DNA from: a virus
Reading direction: 5' to 3' (one strand)
IMG/VR virus record: IMGVR_UViG_3300028416_000014
Span: 3,429 to 67,428 of that record
DNA: 64,000 nucleotides
Part shown: positions 20,401 to 30,700 of the stretch, piece after piece
How the letters are laid out: each line of letters starts with the position of its first letter
Position numbering within the stretch: position 1 is the first letter of the stretch
Notes under the pieces: generated by a model
Told to the model about the DNA's origin: nothing
The model's input: the letters and a program-made list of their open reading frames with translations, nothing else
The model's database searches: none
Translations under genes and position numbers: made by a program

Positions 20401-20623
20401 TCATTTCTATAACTTCAGGTGTCATATCGGTTTTAGCATGGACTATATCACCGGCTAATACAATAACAGATTCTTTGGTTTTTGTATCTGAAATATATTT
20501 ATATAGTCTATTAAAAACTTCTCTATATTCTTTGTGTCGTTTAAGGTTTCTTATATGTACATCAGCAATATGGTAAATTTTACCTATATTACCCTTATAA
20601 TCAATCTTTATTGGTTCTAGCAT
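17453..20623 (-). CDS. Mre11/SbcD-Rad50/SbcC fusion (gp47-gp46-like) recombination nuclease
   Basis: ADVH, AGDIVH, PGNHD and LGDIH phosphoesterase motifs, then APNASGKS, a coiled coil with CTHC hook, LSSGME, IDEGFGSLD and ISH. Confidence 0.93.
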   Translation of the reverse strand: MLEPIKIDYKGNIGKIYHIADVHIRNLKRHKEYREVFNRLYKYISDTKTKESVIVLAGDIVHAKTDMTPEVIEMTQTFLKRLSDLLPTILIPGNHDANLNNPSRMDALTPIVNAINHKNLHYLKDSGVWQMGGISFSHTSVFGDSKNIIKSNDVSGDYKIALYHGPVNNVKTEHGFQIENKNVNIDSFNGYDLVLLGDIHVPNQSLNDSGTVKYCGSTIMQNHSEAKYNEHGILVWDVDTKKSEFVPIHNDYGYVTLDVQNGKLIGNPEIPTKPRIRIRANNTTQSQLDKIVTNIKTNCKVQELSIQKVLNVNESTNKKSSLSIHNLDDVGFQNKLIKEFLNDKLILSDTQIDVVTSINTDINNRITNNNKLKNIIWKPKRFEFSNMFSYGENNIIDFQNLNGTYGIFAPNASGKSSLWDALSFCIFDKCSRTSKAIDVLNNQKSQFSCKYVFEINGIDYYIERIGKKSPKRGTVKVNVEFYCIIDGETHSLNGEERRETNSIIRQYVGSYDEFVLTAMSNQNNSGGFINKSQKERKELLAQFLNINVFEKLYQIASDDIKELSALVKDYKNRNLPEKLSQSKIEFKKQNAILSDTKLKLNKLKLNRNDLSNKIETLLSQIKSIDITNIDIEELTTDRDNLENEIQKKQIEYGEYIDILSKKGTTLNCLNMEYSKFNIESLKESYTKYQHYSKLLDKIQLQVSELENDMSHKQKHLDGIGSLSFDDGCTHCVANKNTPFAKQAKNLENEIRLISMKLLTLGGEFDSASIGVKKHDVTDTLTEVKELNVSILELENEIDRLKLISNSCKLELQNLNISLESTNQSIQNWIEKKVLIQYNSKLNEKINEHRISLSDMDEAIGEINESIVDISGNVSISTNTIENISASIDTLETMENKYEGYESYLSCVKRDGIPYQLISNILPKLEIEINNILNPLVDFQILLNTDGKNINSYIAYSDDKYWPLELSSGMERFISSVAIRTALTNVSNLPRPNFIAIDEGFGSLDSGNFNSLYLLFDYLKTQFDFIVTISHIDKTRDMVDKIIDINKIDGFSTIRYL

Positions 20624-21552
20624 ACATTCATTAGTTTGTATTCCATTAACTTCTTAAAAGTTAATTTTTTAGTATTTTTCATTAATTCGTAAAAACTATT
20701 AAATCCCATTTCAGATGGGTCTGAATTTCCAAGTTCTATAAGATGTACATCTATACCAGTGTTCATCAATTCTTCTGCAAATCTTACTGAATTTTTTAGT
20801 GCATCCGAATCTAATGCAAGATATATTTTACTTACACCATTTTTTATGATACTCTTTTTTATATTTGATTGTGGTGATTTACCAAATAATGGTATTGAAT
20901 TATTCCTTATTGCTATAGCATCAAATACACCTTCACATATCACAATAGGAAAATCCCAATTAACAAACAATTCAAACCCAATTACATCTTTTGATACTTG
21001 TGGGTTTTTGTGTTTAAAGTTACTTTCATAGAAACTTCTACCTACAAAGTAATTTAATCTACCATTTGAATCATATGATGGTACAATTATCTTATTTTTA
21101 TATTGACCACTATCACAATATCCGATTGAATATTTTATTATTTCACTTGGAGATACACCCCTACCAATCAGATAATTTAATGCGTGTTTTCTTATTATAG
21201 AGTTTGATGGTTTCCAAAGTGGGATGTATTCAGATGGTAGTTGAACACTTTCAGTAACTTCATCTTTTTTATTAGTATGGTATCTATACTTTCGCTTGAG
21301 TATAGAATTGTGCTCAGACCATACATTCTTACTAACCTTTAGTTTTTTGAATAGGGATTTTACAGTTTTTCCCTTTTCATCTGAAATCCAACAATGCCAC
21401 GGGTTTAATCCATCCGAATTTAATCGTATGTTTATTTCTAATTTAGGTTTGTAATGTTGTTCAAACGGCGAATAGAATGCATAGTTATCACCTGAGGTTT
21501 TTTTAGATTTACCTAAAACTGATTCCAATAAATTTAATAATCGTTCTTCCAT
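20617..21552 (-). CDS. DNA primase (DnaG/gp61-like)
   Basis: WHCW zinc-domain remnant, ICEGVFDA and ALDSD TOPRIM motifs, DPSE. Confidence 0.9.
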   Translation of the reverse strand: MEERLLNLLESVLGKSKKTSGDNYAFYSPFEQHYKPKLEINIRLNSDGLNPWHCWISDEKGKTVKSLFKKLKVSKNVWSEHNSILKRKYRYHTNKKDEVTESVQLPSEYIPLWKPSNSIIRKHALNYLIGRGVSPSEIIKYSIGYCDSGQYKNKIIVPSYDSNGRLNYFVGRSFYESNFKHKNPQVSKDVIGFELFVNWDFPIVICEGVFDAIAIRNNSIPLFGKSPQSNIKKSIIKNGVSKIYLALDSDALKNSVRFAEELMNTGIDVHLIELGNSDPSEMGFNSFYELMKNTKKLTFKKLMEYKLMNVC

Positions 21553-21581
21553 ATTGTTATAATATACGAAAAAAGATTGAA

Positions 21582-22013
21582 CTATCCAAAAAAAGTTTGA
21601 AATTGTTTTGGTGGTTCATCAATCCATTCTTGTGGTATCTCCTTCTTTGCCCACTTGAATCCGTTTTTGGTGCACCACTGCGCATATGTAGTTTTAGAAC
21701 CTTTATATATCTTACCATTTGGCGATTGTAATACGAACCGTAAGTCCATATCAGGATTTTGCTCTTTTATGATTAAGTGTTTTTTTCTATCACCAGGTAG
21801 AAACCACCCTTTAGATTCTATGTATATACCATTTGGTAATCTAAAATCAGGTTTATACGTATGTTCTGTAGCAGGTATTACGTACTTTATCTCATTCTGT
21901 TCATACTCACCATCAATTCCTTTGGACTTTAGTTGCTCATCTATCTTAGTTTCAAAACCACTTTTATGCCCCTTTGAACGTTGAATATGTGCCCAATTTG
22001 ATTTTTTTATCAT
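21582..22013 (-). CDS. Endonuclease I-like Holliday junction resolvase (T7 gp3 family)
   Basis: KSGFE, YKPDF, IESKG, DRKKHL and TTYAQWC match T7 endonuclease I motifs. Confidence 0.9.
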   Translation of the reverse strand: MIKKSNWAHIQRSKGHKSGFETKIDEQLKSKGIDGEYEQNEIKYVIPATEHTYKPDFRLPNGIYIESKGWFLPGDRKKHLIIKEQNPDMDLRFVLQSPNGKIYKGSKTTYAQWCTKNGFKWAKKEIPQEWIDEPPKQFQTFFG

Positions 22014-22249
22014 ACTTCATATGGATTTATTCGCCAAGAATCTGATTCTATTTCTGAATGAATTTCACCATCAACATATTCTGTATAATTCGATAGCTCA
22101 TCATAAATACACTTATCACAACTTTTCAGTTTTATTAAAACTTTACTACCATCTAAAGAATATCTAGCGCTGGTTGGGTTTGTTACGGCAAATGTAAATA
22201 TTTTATCTAAATTTTCATCATTAGAATTTACTATGTAATATCTATTCAT
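22010..22249 (-). CDS. Hypothetical protein (possible fibre-associated chaperone)
   Basis: 79 aa directly after the LamG protein; RYSLDGSK motif. Confidence 0.55.
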   Translation of the reverse strand: MNRYYIVNSNDENLDKIFTFAVTNPTSARYSLDGSKVLIKLKSCDKCIYDELSNYTEYVDGEIHSEIESDSWRINPYEV

Positions 22250-22255
22250 TTTAAA

Positions 22256-24940
22256 TTATGTATCAAATGGTGATTGAAATATTTGGTCACCAGATTCCAT
22301 ATTTCTGGTTCTAACACTACTTGTTGTAGCTGATAAATCAGTTATGGTAAATTCACCATCGCTGAATATGGAGTTATTTATATCAAGATTTATTATTAGA
22401 TTGCTAGAACTTGGAATTAGTGTATTATTATACAGATTGTTTACATCGTTTGATGATAATTCAACATCCCACATCCGTACTATATGTAAATCACTATCTG
22501 TATAAGCACCAAGGTCTGGTATACTACCTATTGTTAATGGTTCTGAATTTAATATTGTTCCACTTGTGATTGGGCCACTACCTAATACTGATGTGAAATG
22601 TGGTTTCGTTGATGCTGTGTTGTTTATATAAAATTCAATATCATCTTTAGTTCCACCACCATTGTAAGTAGTAACCACATGATTCCAAGCATCAAATGTT
22701 ACAGCGCTGCCGCTAGAATATGCATCAATATACCCAGCTGCTGCTTGTCTTAATTGTAAACGTGCTGTACCGCTAAGAGTGGATGCTGGGTTATATCCTA
22801 ATACTGAATTAAAATAACCACGAGGTAGACCACCATCCCACTTTGATAATTGAAACTTTGTACGAGATGATGTAGTAGCATAAAACCACGTTTCAATACT
22901 AAATGCATCAGTCCATTGCTTTCTATATTCTACATTATTACCTAATAAAATATCTTCATCTACACCATCAAATCTTAAAGATTTTATTATTGTTGGCGAT
23001 GGAACGATTGGACATGATTTTTTAGGTTGAACTGATTTAGGTAACGTTATTGTGTTTTCAGTAGTTGCAGCCCAATCCACATCAATTGGTTTATTCCATA
23101 CAAAAGAACCATCCGATGTTTCTGTTAGCGTTATGTTTGGTGATTGCTCTTCTAACTGCCCAACGAATGGCGTTCCAAATACACCATCTAAATCAAATCT
23201 AACTTTTACAGTTACATCAGTATCATTTCTTTTTTTAAGTGCTGAACCAAGTTTACCAACTGCTAATAAATCACCAAAATCATTGTATAATCCAATGGTG
23301 GTAACATATGGTTTAAAATTAGAACCAGTAGCGAATCCCTTTAAGGATGTGTTATTTATATCATCATTTTTACGTAGAGTTGGGTTTTGTGATACGTTAA
23401 ATTCATTAGCACCAATTTCACATAGTAATGATACTTCGTTCAACTGCTTTGATGATTTATATTTAACTTGGAATCCACTATCAGAACCATAATCCCAATT
23501 ACCATTTTTACCAACTAAAACATTTTTATAGATGGGTCTTGGGTCTGATATGGATATTATACCATGTTTGTAAAAAACTTCACCAACCACATTTGTTTGA
23601 TATGCCGAACCGGTAACATAATCATTATTTGATAATAAGTCTATTTGTGTATCTGTTAAGTTTGTGTTGTATATTCTAACTTCATCTAATGATGCGGATA
23701 ATGCTCTGAAATCACCACCTATCACATCGTTATCGGCATCGGATAAAAACTTAGAACCAAATAAAATATCGTATTCGTTTTGAATCTGACCACCAAATGA
23801 TAAAGATGATGATGCTTCTTTAGTACCATCTACCCATAATTCTAATTCAGAACCATTTTTATTGAAAACAATATGGTGTTGGTTTGTGTCATTCACCCTA
23901 GTTGTGGATAATAATGATGTAGTTGTTAGTCCATCTGAAACAGCTATTTCTACAAGACCTATATTAGTATTACCCGAACCATCTACACTTGTTCTGTTGT
24001 GTACTTTTATTTCAAAGGGGTATATTGATGTTGAAACGTTTCTACGTCTTAAAATAGGATTTATGGATGTATCTATACCATAGTCTCTAAAAGTACCATT
24101 TTTACTAACTATCCAATTATATTCTGAAGATACATCAAATTGATAATTAGGTAACGTAACCCACAATGATATAGCGTAACTATTATCTTTAAAGAAATTG
24201 AAATTTGTGTTGTGGTCTACTCTAACATAGGAAGAACTACCATTTAAGGATATTTGCTTACCAGATGATAGCTGTGCATCACCAGTTGTTTCTATACCAC
24301 CAATATATTTTAAACACCTACCAACCGCATTGTGGCTGTAATTACTATTATCTTTGATATGGTCATCATATGGGTTTCTATTATTTAATTCTTCATTAAA
24401 TCCCCAATAACCAATTAGATTGGTGTAAGAAGCGTATGAACTTGTACTTATAGCATTATCTATAATATTACCATGATATTCATTTATCTTTTCATCCGAT
24501 AAATTTAGTGCTGATACTATTGATGATGTTACACTATTATCTGTTATGGTGATGCTATTGGGTTTTAAACCATCACCCATTCTTTTAACCGGTACTGAAA
24601 ATATAGAAGCGGATGTATATAATATTCGTTCATTACCAGCCCTATGTTTATAAAATGTTTGATTTAAGCTAGACCAAACATTCTTTTGAAACATATTAGA
24701 AAGTAGTGGTTTGTTATTTGATGCTGAATTATCTAATTCATCGGATTCTCTAACAACTTCGTTATCTACAGATTCGGATACATTTATTTTTTGATTCAAT
24801 AACGGGGTTATACCTTTTAATACAGATATTTGATAGTAATCATCACGATAATTAGAATCGGTTACTATCCAATTTTTGTATACATAATAAGGTTGTGTTC
24901 TTATTAATCCACCACATGGTAACGGTTTGTAAACTGCCAT
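22256..24940 (-). CDS. Virion protein with two LamG/concanavalin-like domains
   Basis: LIGYWGFNE...ISLWV...HHIVF...LDEVRIYN and SLRFDGVDE...FSIETW...WNHVVTTY...VRMWD. Confidence 0.85.
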   Translation of the reverse strand: MAVYKPLPCGGLIRTQPYYVYKNWIVTDSNYRDDYYQISVLKGITPLLNQKINVSESVDNEVVRESDELDNSASNNKPLLSNMFQKNVWSSLNQTFYKHRAGNERILYTSASIFSVPVKRMGDGLKPNSITITDNSVTSSIVSALNLSDEKINEYHGNIIDNAISTSSYASYTNLIGYWGFNEELNNRNPYDDHIKDNSNYSHNAVGRCLKYIGGIETTGDAQLSSGKQISLNGSSSYVRVDHNTNFNFFKDNSYAISLWVTLPNYQFDVSSEYNWIVSKNGTFRDYGIDTSINPILRRRNVSTSIYPFEIKVHNRTSVDGSGNTNIGLVEIAVSDGLTTTSLLSTTRVNDTNQHHIVFNKNGSELELWVDGTKEASSSLSFGGQIQNEYDILFGSKFLSDADNDVIGGDFRALSASLDEVRIYNTNLTDTQIDLLSNNDYVTGSAYQTNVVGEVFYKHGIISISDPRPIYKNVLVGKNGNWDYGSDSGFQVKYKSSKQLNEVSLLCEIGANEFNVSQNPTLRKNDDINNTSLKGFATGSNFKPYVTTIGLYNDFGDLLAVGKLGSALKKRNDTDVTVKVRFDLDGVFGTPFVGQLEEQSPNITLTETSDGSFVWNKPIDVDWAATTENTITLPKSVQPKKSCPIVPSPTIIKSLRFDGVDEDILLGNNVEYRKQWTDAFSIETWFYATTSSRTKFQLSKWDGGLPRGYFNSVLGYNPASTLSGTARLQLRQAAAGYIDAYSSGSAVTFDAWNHVVTTYNGGGTKDDIEFYINNTASTKPHFTSVLGSGPITSGTILNSEPLTIGSIPDLGAYTDSDLHIVRMWDVELSSNDVNNLYNNTLIPSSSNLIINLDINNSIFSDGEFTITDLSATTSSVRTRNMESGDQIFQSPFDT

Positions 24941-24952
24941 TATTGTTCATAT

Positions 24953-26038
24953 TTAAAAATCTAATTTAACCTTTACTAAGATTTCATTTGAAAACGATTT
25001 TAGTATAGGTTGTGATAATTTTGCTACTGCTAATAGTTCTTGATTGTTATTATATAAGCCAACTGTAGATATGTAGACTTTAGGATTATTTACAAATGTA
25101 GTTTGAGTAAATGAACCATCAGATGATGTTGAAAATGATGGATTATTTGAAAAGTTATATTCACCATTTTTAGCTCTTACAAAATAGAATGTTGATTTAA
25201 CATCTTCTTCATTACGTGCTGCAAATCCATATGATGTATTTATAACAGCCGCTCCACTAATTGATGTAAATAGTTTAAATGAATTATCACCATTTAAATT
25301 AGAACCTGTAACTGTATTGAAACTTAACTCACTATTAAGGGTATCAGCGTTTATTACTATAACACCTTGCTCTGGATAGACTTGACCATAATATGTTTTG
25401 GGTGAATATACACCTGATGATATAGAACCTGATACTAAATTAAACACCCTACCAATCTGTGTTGATGTTTGGTTTGAATCACCAGAATCATCTATTAGCG
25501 ATACAACTTTATTTATGGTGGTATCCACTTGTACATTTGAGCCAGTATGTACATTATTAGCAAAAACACTACCACTCAATGCGGCTAAATTAAGTTGAAA
25601 ATTACCGGGGTCTAATCTATCTTTCAATCTGGCTCTATTAACATTTACAACATATATTTGGTTAGTAGATACCGAGTTGAATTCAAATGTTCTTTGGCTA
25701 TCCGGTAAAAGCGTTTGAACATATTGTGAGTATATGGCTTGTGATGGTGAATCCTCATTAACTGATAATGAGCCACTACCAAGTTTGTTTCCATATGTAA
25801 CTGAGAATTGTGCTACCGATGTAGATGTCGTAGAAACGCCATCAAATATTTCATAGTAATACTGCTTTTGCGTAGATGATTGACCGGATGATGTATGAAA
25901 TGTAGTTAATGTACCTACATTACCAGACCATAGACCCCTAGTTACTCTTTCAGAGCCACCTTCAACTACATCACCAACTTTAAATGTTGTATATGTTCTT
26001 TTTACAGTATTATATACACCTGCGGGTAAAACTGACAT
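24953..26038 (-). CDS. Virion structural protein (baseplate/fibre attachment)
   Basis: 361 aa; C-terminal YISTVGLYN...ELLAVAKLS...VKVKLDF is shared with the 894-aa protein. Confidence 0.65.
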   Translation of the reverse strand: MSVLPAGVYNTVKRTYTTFKVGDVVEGGSERVTRGLWSGNVGTLTTFHTSSGQSSTQKQYYYEIFDGVSTTSTSVAQFSVTYGNKLGSGSLSVNEDSPSQAIYSQYVQTLLPDSQRTFEFNSVSTNQIYVVNVNRARLKDRLDPGNFQLNLAALSGSVFANNVHTGSNVQVDTTINKVVSLIDDSGDSNQTSTQIGRVFNLVSGSISSGVYSPKTYYGQVYPEQGVIVINADTLNSELSFNTVTGSNLNGDNSFKLFTSISGAAVINTSYGFAARNEEDVKSTFYFVRAKNGEYNFSNNPSFSTSSDGSFTQTTFVNNPKVYISTVGLYNNNQELLAVAKLSQPILKSFSNEILVKVKLDF

Positions 26039-26061
26039 TTATTTTCCTTTTATTATTTTAA

Positions 26062-26715
26062 TTAAAATGATGTTGTTGGTACGTTGGATATGGTGGGGTT
26101 ATTATTAACTTGTAAAGTTATTTCCGTTCTACCACCAGTTTCATTTCCAACCACTACAATTTTTGTGCTTATATTTATACCAGTATCTAATATTTTAGAA
26201 GTAACTGTAAAGGTTGAACCACACGTTACTGTTATATTTCGTCTATCTTCATTTACACCTACAGGGTCGGTGTTGTTACCAATACCATTACCATCGCCAG
26301 TAATAGTTGCGGCATCTGAATTTAAAAGTGTTACTGTGTATCCCAGTGATTCATTACCGCCATTTATGGTTGTTAAATTTACAGTATCGGTAAACCCACC
26401 TTCTAATAAGGTTATACTATCCTTAGCATTTATAATTGGTATTCGTACTGTATTCTTAGGTAAGCTAAGTAACTTATATTTTAAAGAATAATTCTCGTCT
26501 GTAACAGCTTCTATGATTGGCATATTTTCAATTATGATACCATAGTAGTCAGACCCAAGCGGATGTGCTGGATTCCATAAATTATAATCAACTTCATCGT
26601 CAGCTAATGCGAATTGGCTGATAACAAAGAAGTCTCTACCTTTAGCTAGCAATTCACGACCTTTTTTTGTTAAAATAGCATCTACCGTAATTGATGAATT
26701 ATCTAAATATCCCAT
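26062..26715 (-). CDS. Virion structural protein
   Basis: 217 aa; ILTKKGRELLA...FALADDEVDY; lies in the tail cluster. Confidence 0.6.
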   Translation of the reverse strand: MGYLDNSSITVDAILTKKGRELLAKGRDFFVISQFALADDEVDYNLWNPAHPLGSDYYGIIIENMPIIEAVTDENYSLKYKLLSLPKNTVRIPIINAKDSITLLEGGFTDTVNLTTINGGNESLGYTVTLLNSDAATITGDGNGIGNNTDPVGVNEDRRNITVTCGSTFTVTSKILDTGINISTKIVVVGNETGGRTEITLQVNNNPTISNVPTTSF

Positions 26716-26783
26716 ATGTGATTTTCCTTTTTATTATGCTTATCTTACAATAAATATATTAATAAATATTGTTAAGTTAAATT

Positions 26784-27770
26784 TTACGTATATTTTAAAA
26801 TGTAATCCTTTTCACTACTATCATCCAATAAACTTAGTCTAAGTTTTTCTAATTCTAATTTCTTTTTAATTTCAGTATCAGTTATCTTATCACGATTGGT
26901 TAGTATAAGTATATCACTTGAATTTGTTATTGAATTTATATCGAAATCCGATTCACTACTTTCTATAATATCTCTATGTGGTATTATTACTCTACCCATT
27001 GATATTTCCAAATCAGAAATATCTTGCTTTGTTTTTTGAGTCGGACTAAGATTTTCAATTTCTGGATTTGATTTTAACTTTACCTTTTGTTCTAACATAA
27101 CATCATCTTCCAAAAAAGTTTGTATTTCGGATGGTGTTAATTTGTTTATTTTTAGTTCGTTTTCTGATAATTTTCTTAATTTTTCACGCGCCAACCTATC
27201 TACTTTGTTTTTTTGTAACTCAGCGTTGGGTATTTGTAATAATTCTTTACCACGTTGTATAGATTCTTTTACAGTACGTTCTTCACCACTGGTAATGAAT
27301 TTATCCTTTACTATCATTGGATATGTATTTTTAACATATAGGTTAAATTCATCTTTCATCAATTGTATCTTTTTATTAAAGTTTTGCCTACGCTTTAGTT
27401 CATCTTGAAATGCGGATTCAATATCAACCCGACGTTCGTTTTCGATAGTTCTTCTATAGGTTTCTTCTTGCATTAATCTTATTGAATCTTCATCATTTAA
27501 CCCATCCGTTGATATAACAGTTGGAACGTTCTTAATTCGCTTAGCTGGTTTAGCTAATATTTCAGATAACTGTTCATTTGTTACCTTATCTGAATCTAAA
27601 ACTAATTTATTATTTTTTATTGGTTTGCCAGTGTCTACTATAAGTTCTACTGGTTTTATAATACCGGACACCTTAGTGGATTCAGATGTAACATCAGTTG
27701 GTGAACTTACTAATGGCTTTGATTCTGAAACCTTTATTTTATTATTTACTATTTTTTCGTTTTCATCCAT
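26784..27770 (-). CDS. Hypothetical charged/coiled-coil protein
   Basis: 328-aa ORF abutting the upstream gene. Confidence 0.65.
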   Translation of the reverse strand: MDENEKIVNNKIKVSESKPLVSSPTDVTSESTKVSGIIKPVELIVDTGKPIKNNKLVLDSDKVTNEQLSEILAKPAKRIKNVPTVISTDGLNDEDSIRLMQEETYRRTIENERRVDIESAFQDELKRRQNFNKKIQLMKDEFNLYVKNTYPMIVKDKFITSGEERTVKESIQRGKELLQIPNAELQKNKVDRLAREKLRKLSENELKINKLTPSEIQTFLEDDVMLEQKVKLKSNPEIENLSPTQKTKQDISDLEISMGRVIIPHRDIIESSESDFDINSITNSSDILILTNRDKITDTEIKKKLELEKLRLSLLDDSSEKDYILKYT

Positions 27771-30700
27771 TTATTTACCATTTTTTATATTAAATTCATT
27801 ACGTCGGGTATCTTCTGTATCCTGTCTTAACTTTTCTAAACTAAAGTTTAAGTCAAATTCACGTATACGTTCTTCTTCAATTTTTATTAAGTTTTGTAAA
27901 TTTCTACGAAATTCAACCAAATCATCGTTATATTGCTGTTGTTGATTAAATTGTAATTGTGAATTTATAACTAATTCATCCATTAATAATGTACTTGGCG
28001 TTGTGTTTGTTCCTAATTGTAAATTACCATCAACTGCATTTTGTGATGTTACCACCAATATGTTTGGGTCTGCATTAAAAACTTCAACTACAGGCCCACC
28101 ATCAGGTGTTTGTGTTGAATTCGTTGTTATTGAATCCGATGTTATACTACATCCATTGAAAAATAGGTTATCTAATGATAGTGGTAAATTATCTGTTGAT
28201 GTTACAGATGGTTTTAATGATGATGAATAAAATAAACCAAGTGATGCTGATAATGATGATGAATAAAAGAACTCGGTCGTTGATGCATCTACAGATGGTC
28301 TACTATTAAGTATAGATGTACCAATTGGATTGTAATTCCAACTACCATTCGAACCCGTTATCCAATTTATACCAACTCCGATATTAGCCGATTGTGAATA
28401 TATTAAGATATCATATTCATATACAGATGGTGTATACTGTGTACTTACTGTATCAGCCCCAACCGATTCTAAATCATCTCGCTGTGCTGTAACTACTAAT
28501 TCATTACCCAAATCAAATGTGGTATTATATATTGTATTTGAGCCTGTTATATTATCAGATACATCTATGTTTAAAGTAGCTTCGTAATTAGAGTATTCAC
28601 CACTTGGTGGTTTATCGGTTTGTTTTAATATTAATGTGTATTGTGGTTGTGTATAACTTAGATTAGTTTTTGATTTAACCTTTGGCCTTTCTAAGATATG
28701 TGGTTCAATTAGGATACCAGATTGATACTTAACCCTAGCGGGTAGCAATTGCTTAATCTGTTTAAATACTGATAAATCATATCTTGATAACAAATCTATT
28801 ACCGTATCTATCAAATTCCTAGAACTATACTTTCTAAAAACTTGCCTTCTTAAATGGTCTAACTCAACATTTGTATCATTGTATCCATCTCTAAAATCAG
28901 GGTCACCAATAAAATCATCCAATTCAAAATGTCCTGTATGGTTGTATATATCATCATTATACATACTTGTAGCGGATAGATAAATTCCCAATAAATTTGA
29001 ATCAATTGGTGCCCTATCAAATGCAGATTTTTCTTTTTTATTATCAACATCTAAATTACCACTCAATGTACTAGATTCAATTCTAACTTTATTATTTAAT
29101 ATATTGTTGAATGCGGCTGATGGTACTTTTGTATAATATTCATCAACAACACCTAATAAATCAGTAGAATCAAAACCAAATAATGATGCCGATACAATTC
29201 TTCCATCTTGACTTGATGTTATTTGCTGATTTGGGTGTTGTGATAATACACCATATGGGTTTGTTACACTTTTTAACTGAGAATCTGTTATATACCTAAA
29301 TTTCAAATCAAAAAATGATGCAGTTGGTGAATTACTATGATACATTTCTCTTGATAGTGTATGTTCATCCATTACTATTTCAGATAGTGGATTTGCATAG
29401 TATCTTATTTCTTGAATAGAACCACTTAAATAATTTGATGATGCCCATAGTGATGGAACACCACTAGCTGGAACTGCTGGGTTACCGATTAAAACAGTAC
29501 CACTACCAGTCCACGCCGCATTATACGATGGGTCGGATGACCCATTGATTGATATACTAGCAGATTTTCTTACTGATATTTCATCTGTTCTATTTCTACG
29601 ATAATGGATAGTATATATATTATTTTGTGTAATATCATTTATGGGTGTACTTCTTTGTAAAAAGAAACTACTCATAGTTGAATCGAATACCTTAACATCG
29701 GATATTGATGCTGATTTATACCCACCACTACCACTAAGATATAAATGTATATTACCCCTATCGGATGAACCTGTTGGTTCTAATAGAACTAAGAAATCAA
29801 CCGATGAGCTGCCTGTTTTGTAAAGTAGTGTTGTTTTTTGTTGAACATTCTGTTTGAATTGAAGTTCAATAGTATCCATTGAATTTACACTATCTAAAAC
29901 ATAAGTTACCGGATTTATATCATTCATCTTATCCCAAGGTACTGATACATAACTTGGTGAATTCATTCTTAAATTATAAACAAATCTGTCATGTTCCCAT
30001 ATTGGTTTAACATCACCATCAACAACAGGCCCACCATATTCCTTTATGTTTAAAAAAGTTTGTGGTATACCATACGTTGATATAAGTGCTTTTACTGACC
30101 TAGCAGTACCTTTTGTTTTTAGTAGGTATGGTAGGGTATTTACAATTCTTCTCCAAACCTCATAAGTTATCTGTTCATCGGATTTAGATGCTAATGAACC
30201 ACTTTGTAATGGGGTACCTGTATTATCAGTACCCAATGCGTACTTCCATAAATCAGAAGTTTGTTTACTATTAGTAAGTTGCCATCCCATTGACTTAGCA
30301 ACATCATATAATAATTCGCTTGGCATACCATCAAATGGATGTTCTTCACGCTCATGTATTGATGTTAACTTTTTAATGTAACTCCATGTTATATCAAAAT
30401 GATGACCTACCATATCAATAAACAACACATATTCAAGATTTAAAGAATCTTCAGCTATTGATGCTGGTATCAATTTGGTTAATCTAGCATCATTACTTGC
30501 ATCAAATATACTTGCTGAATCAATTAACCCATTGTAATGATTCGTACCTAATGTAGATATGGTTGATACTAATTCTAATGGGTATTCGGATGTTTTAGGC
30601 CAAGGACTAATACTAAAAGCAGATGAGCTATAGTGGGTATATAATGAACCTGTTGTTTCATAATATAAGAATTTCTCAAACCCATCAAAACCACTTACTA

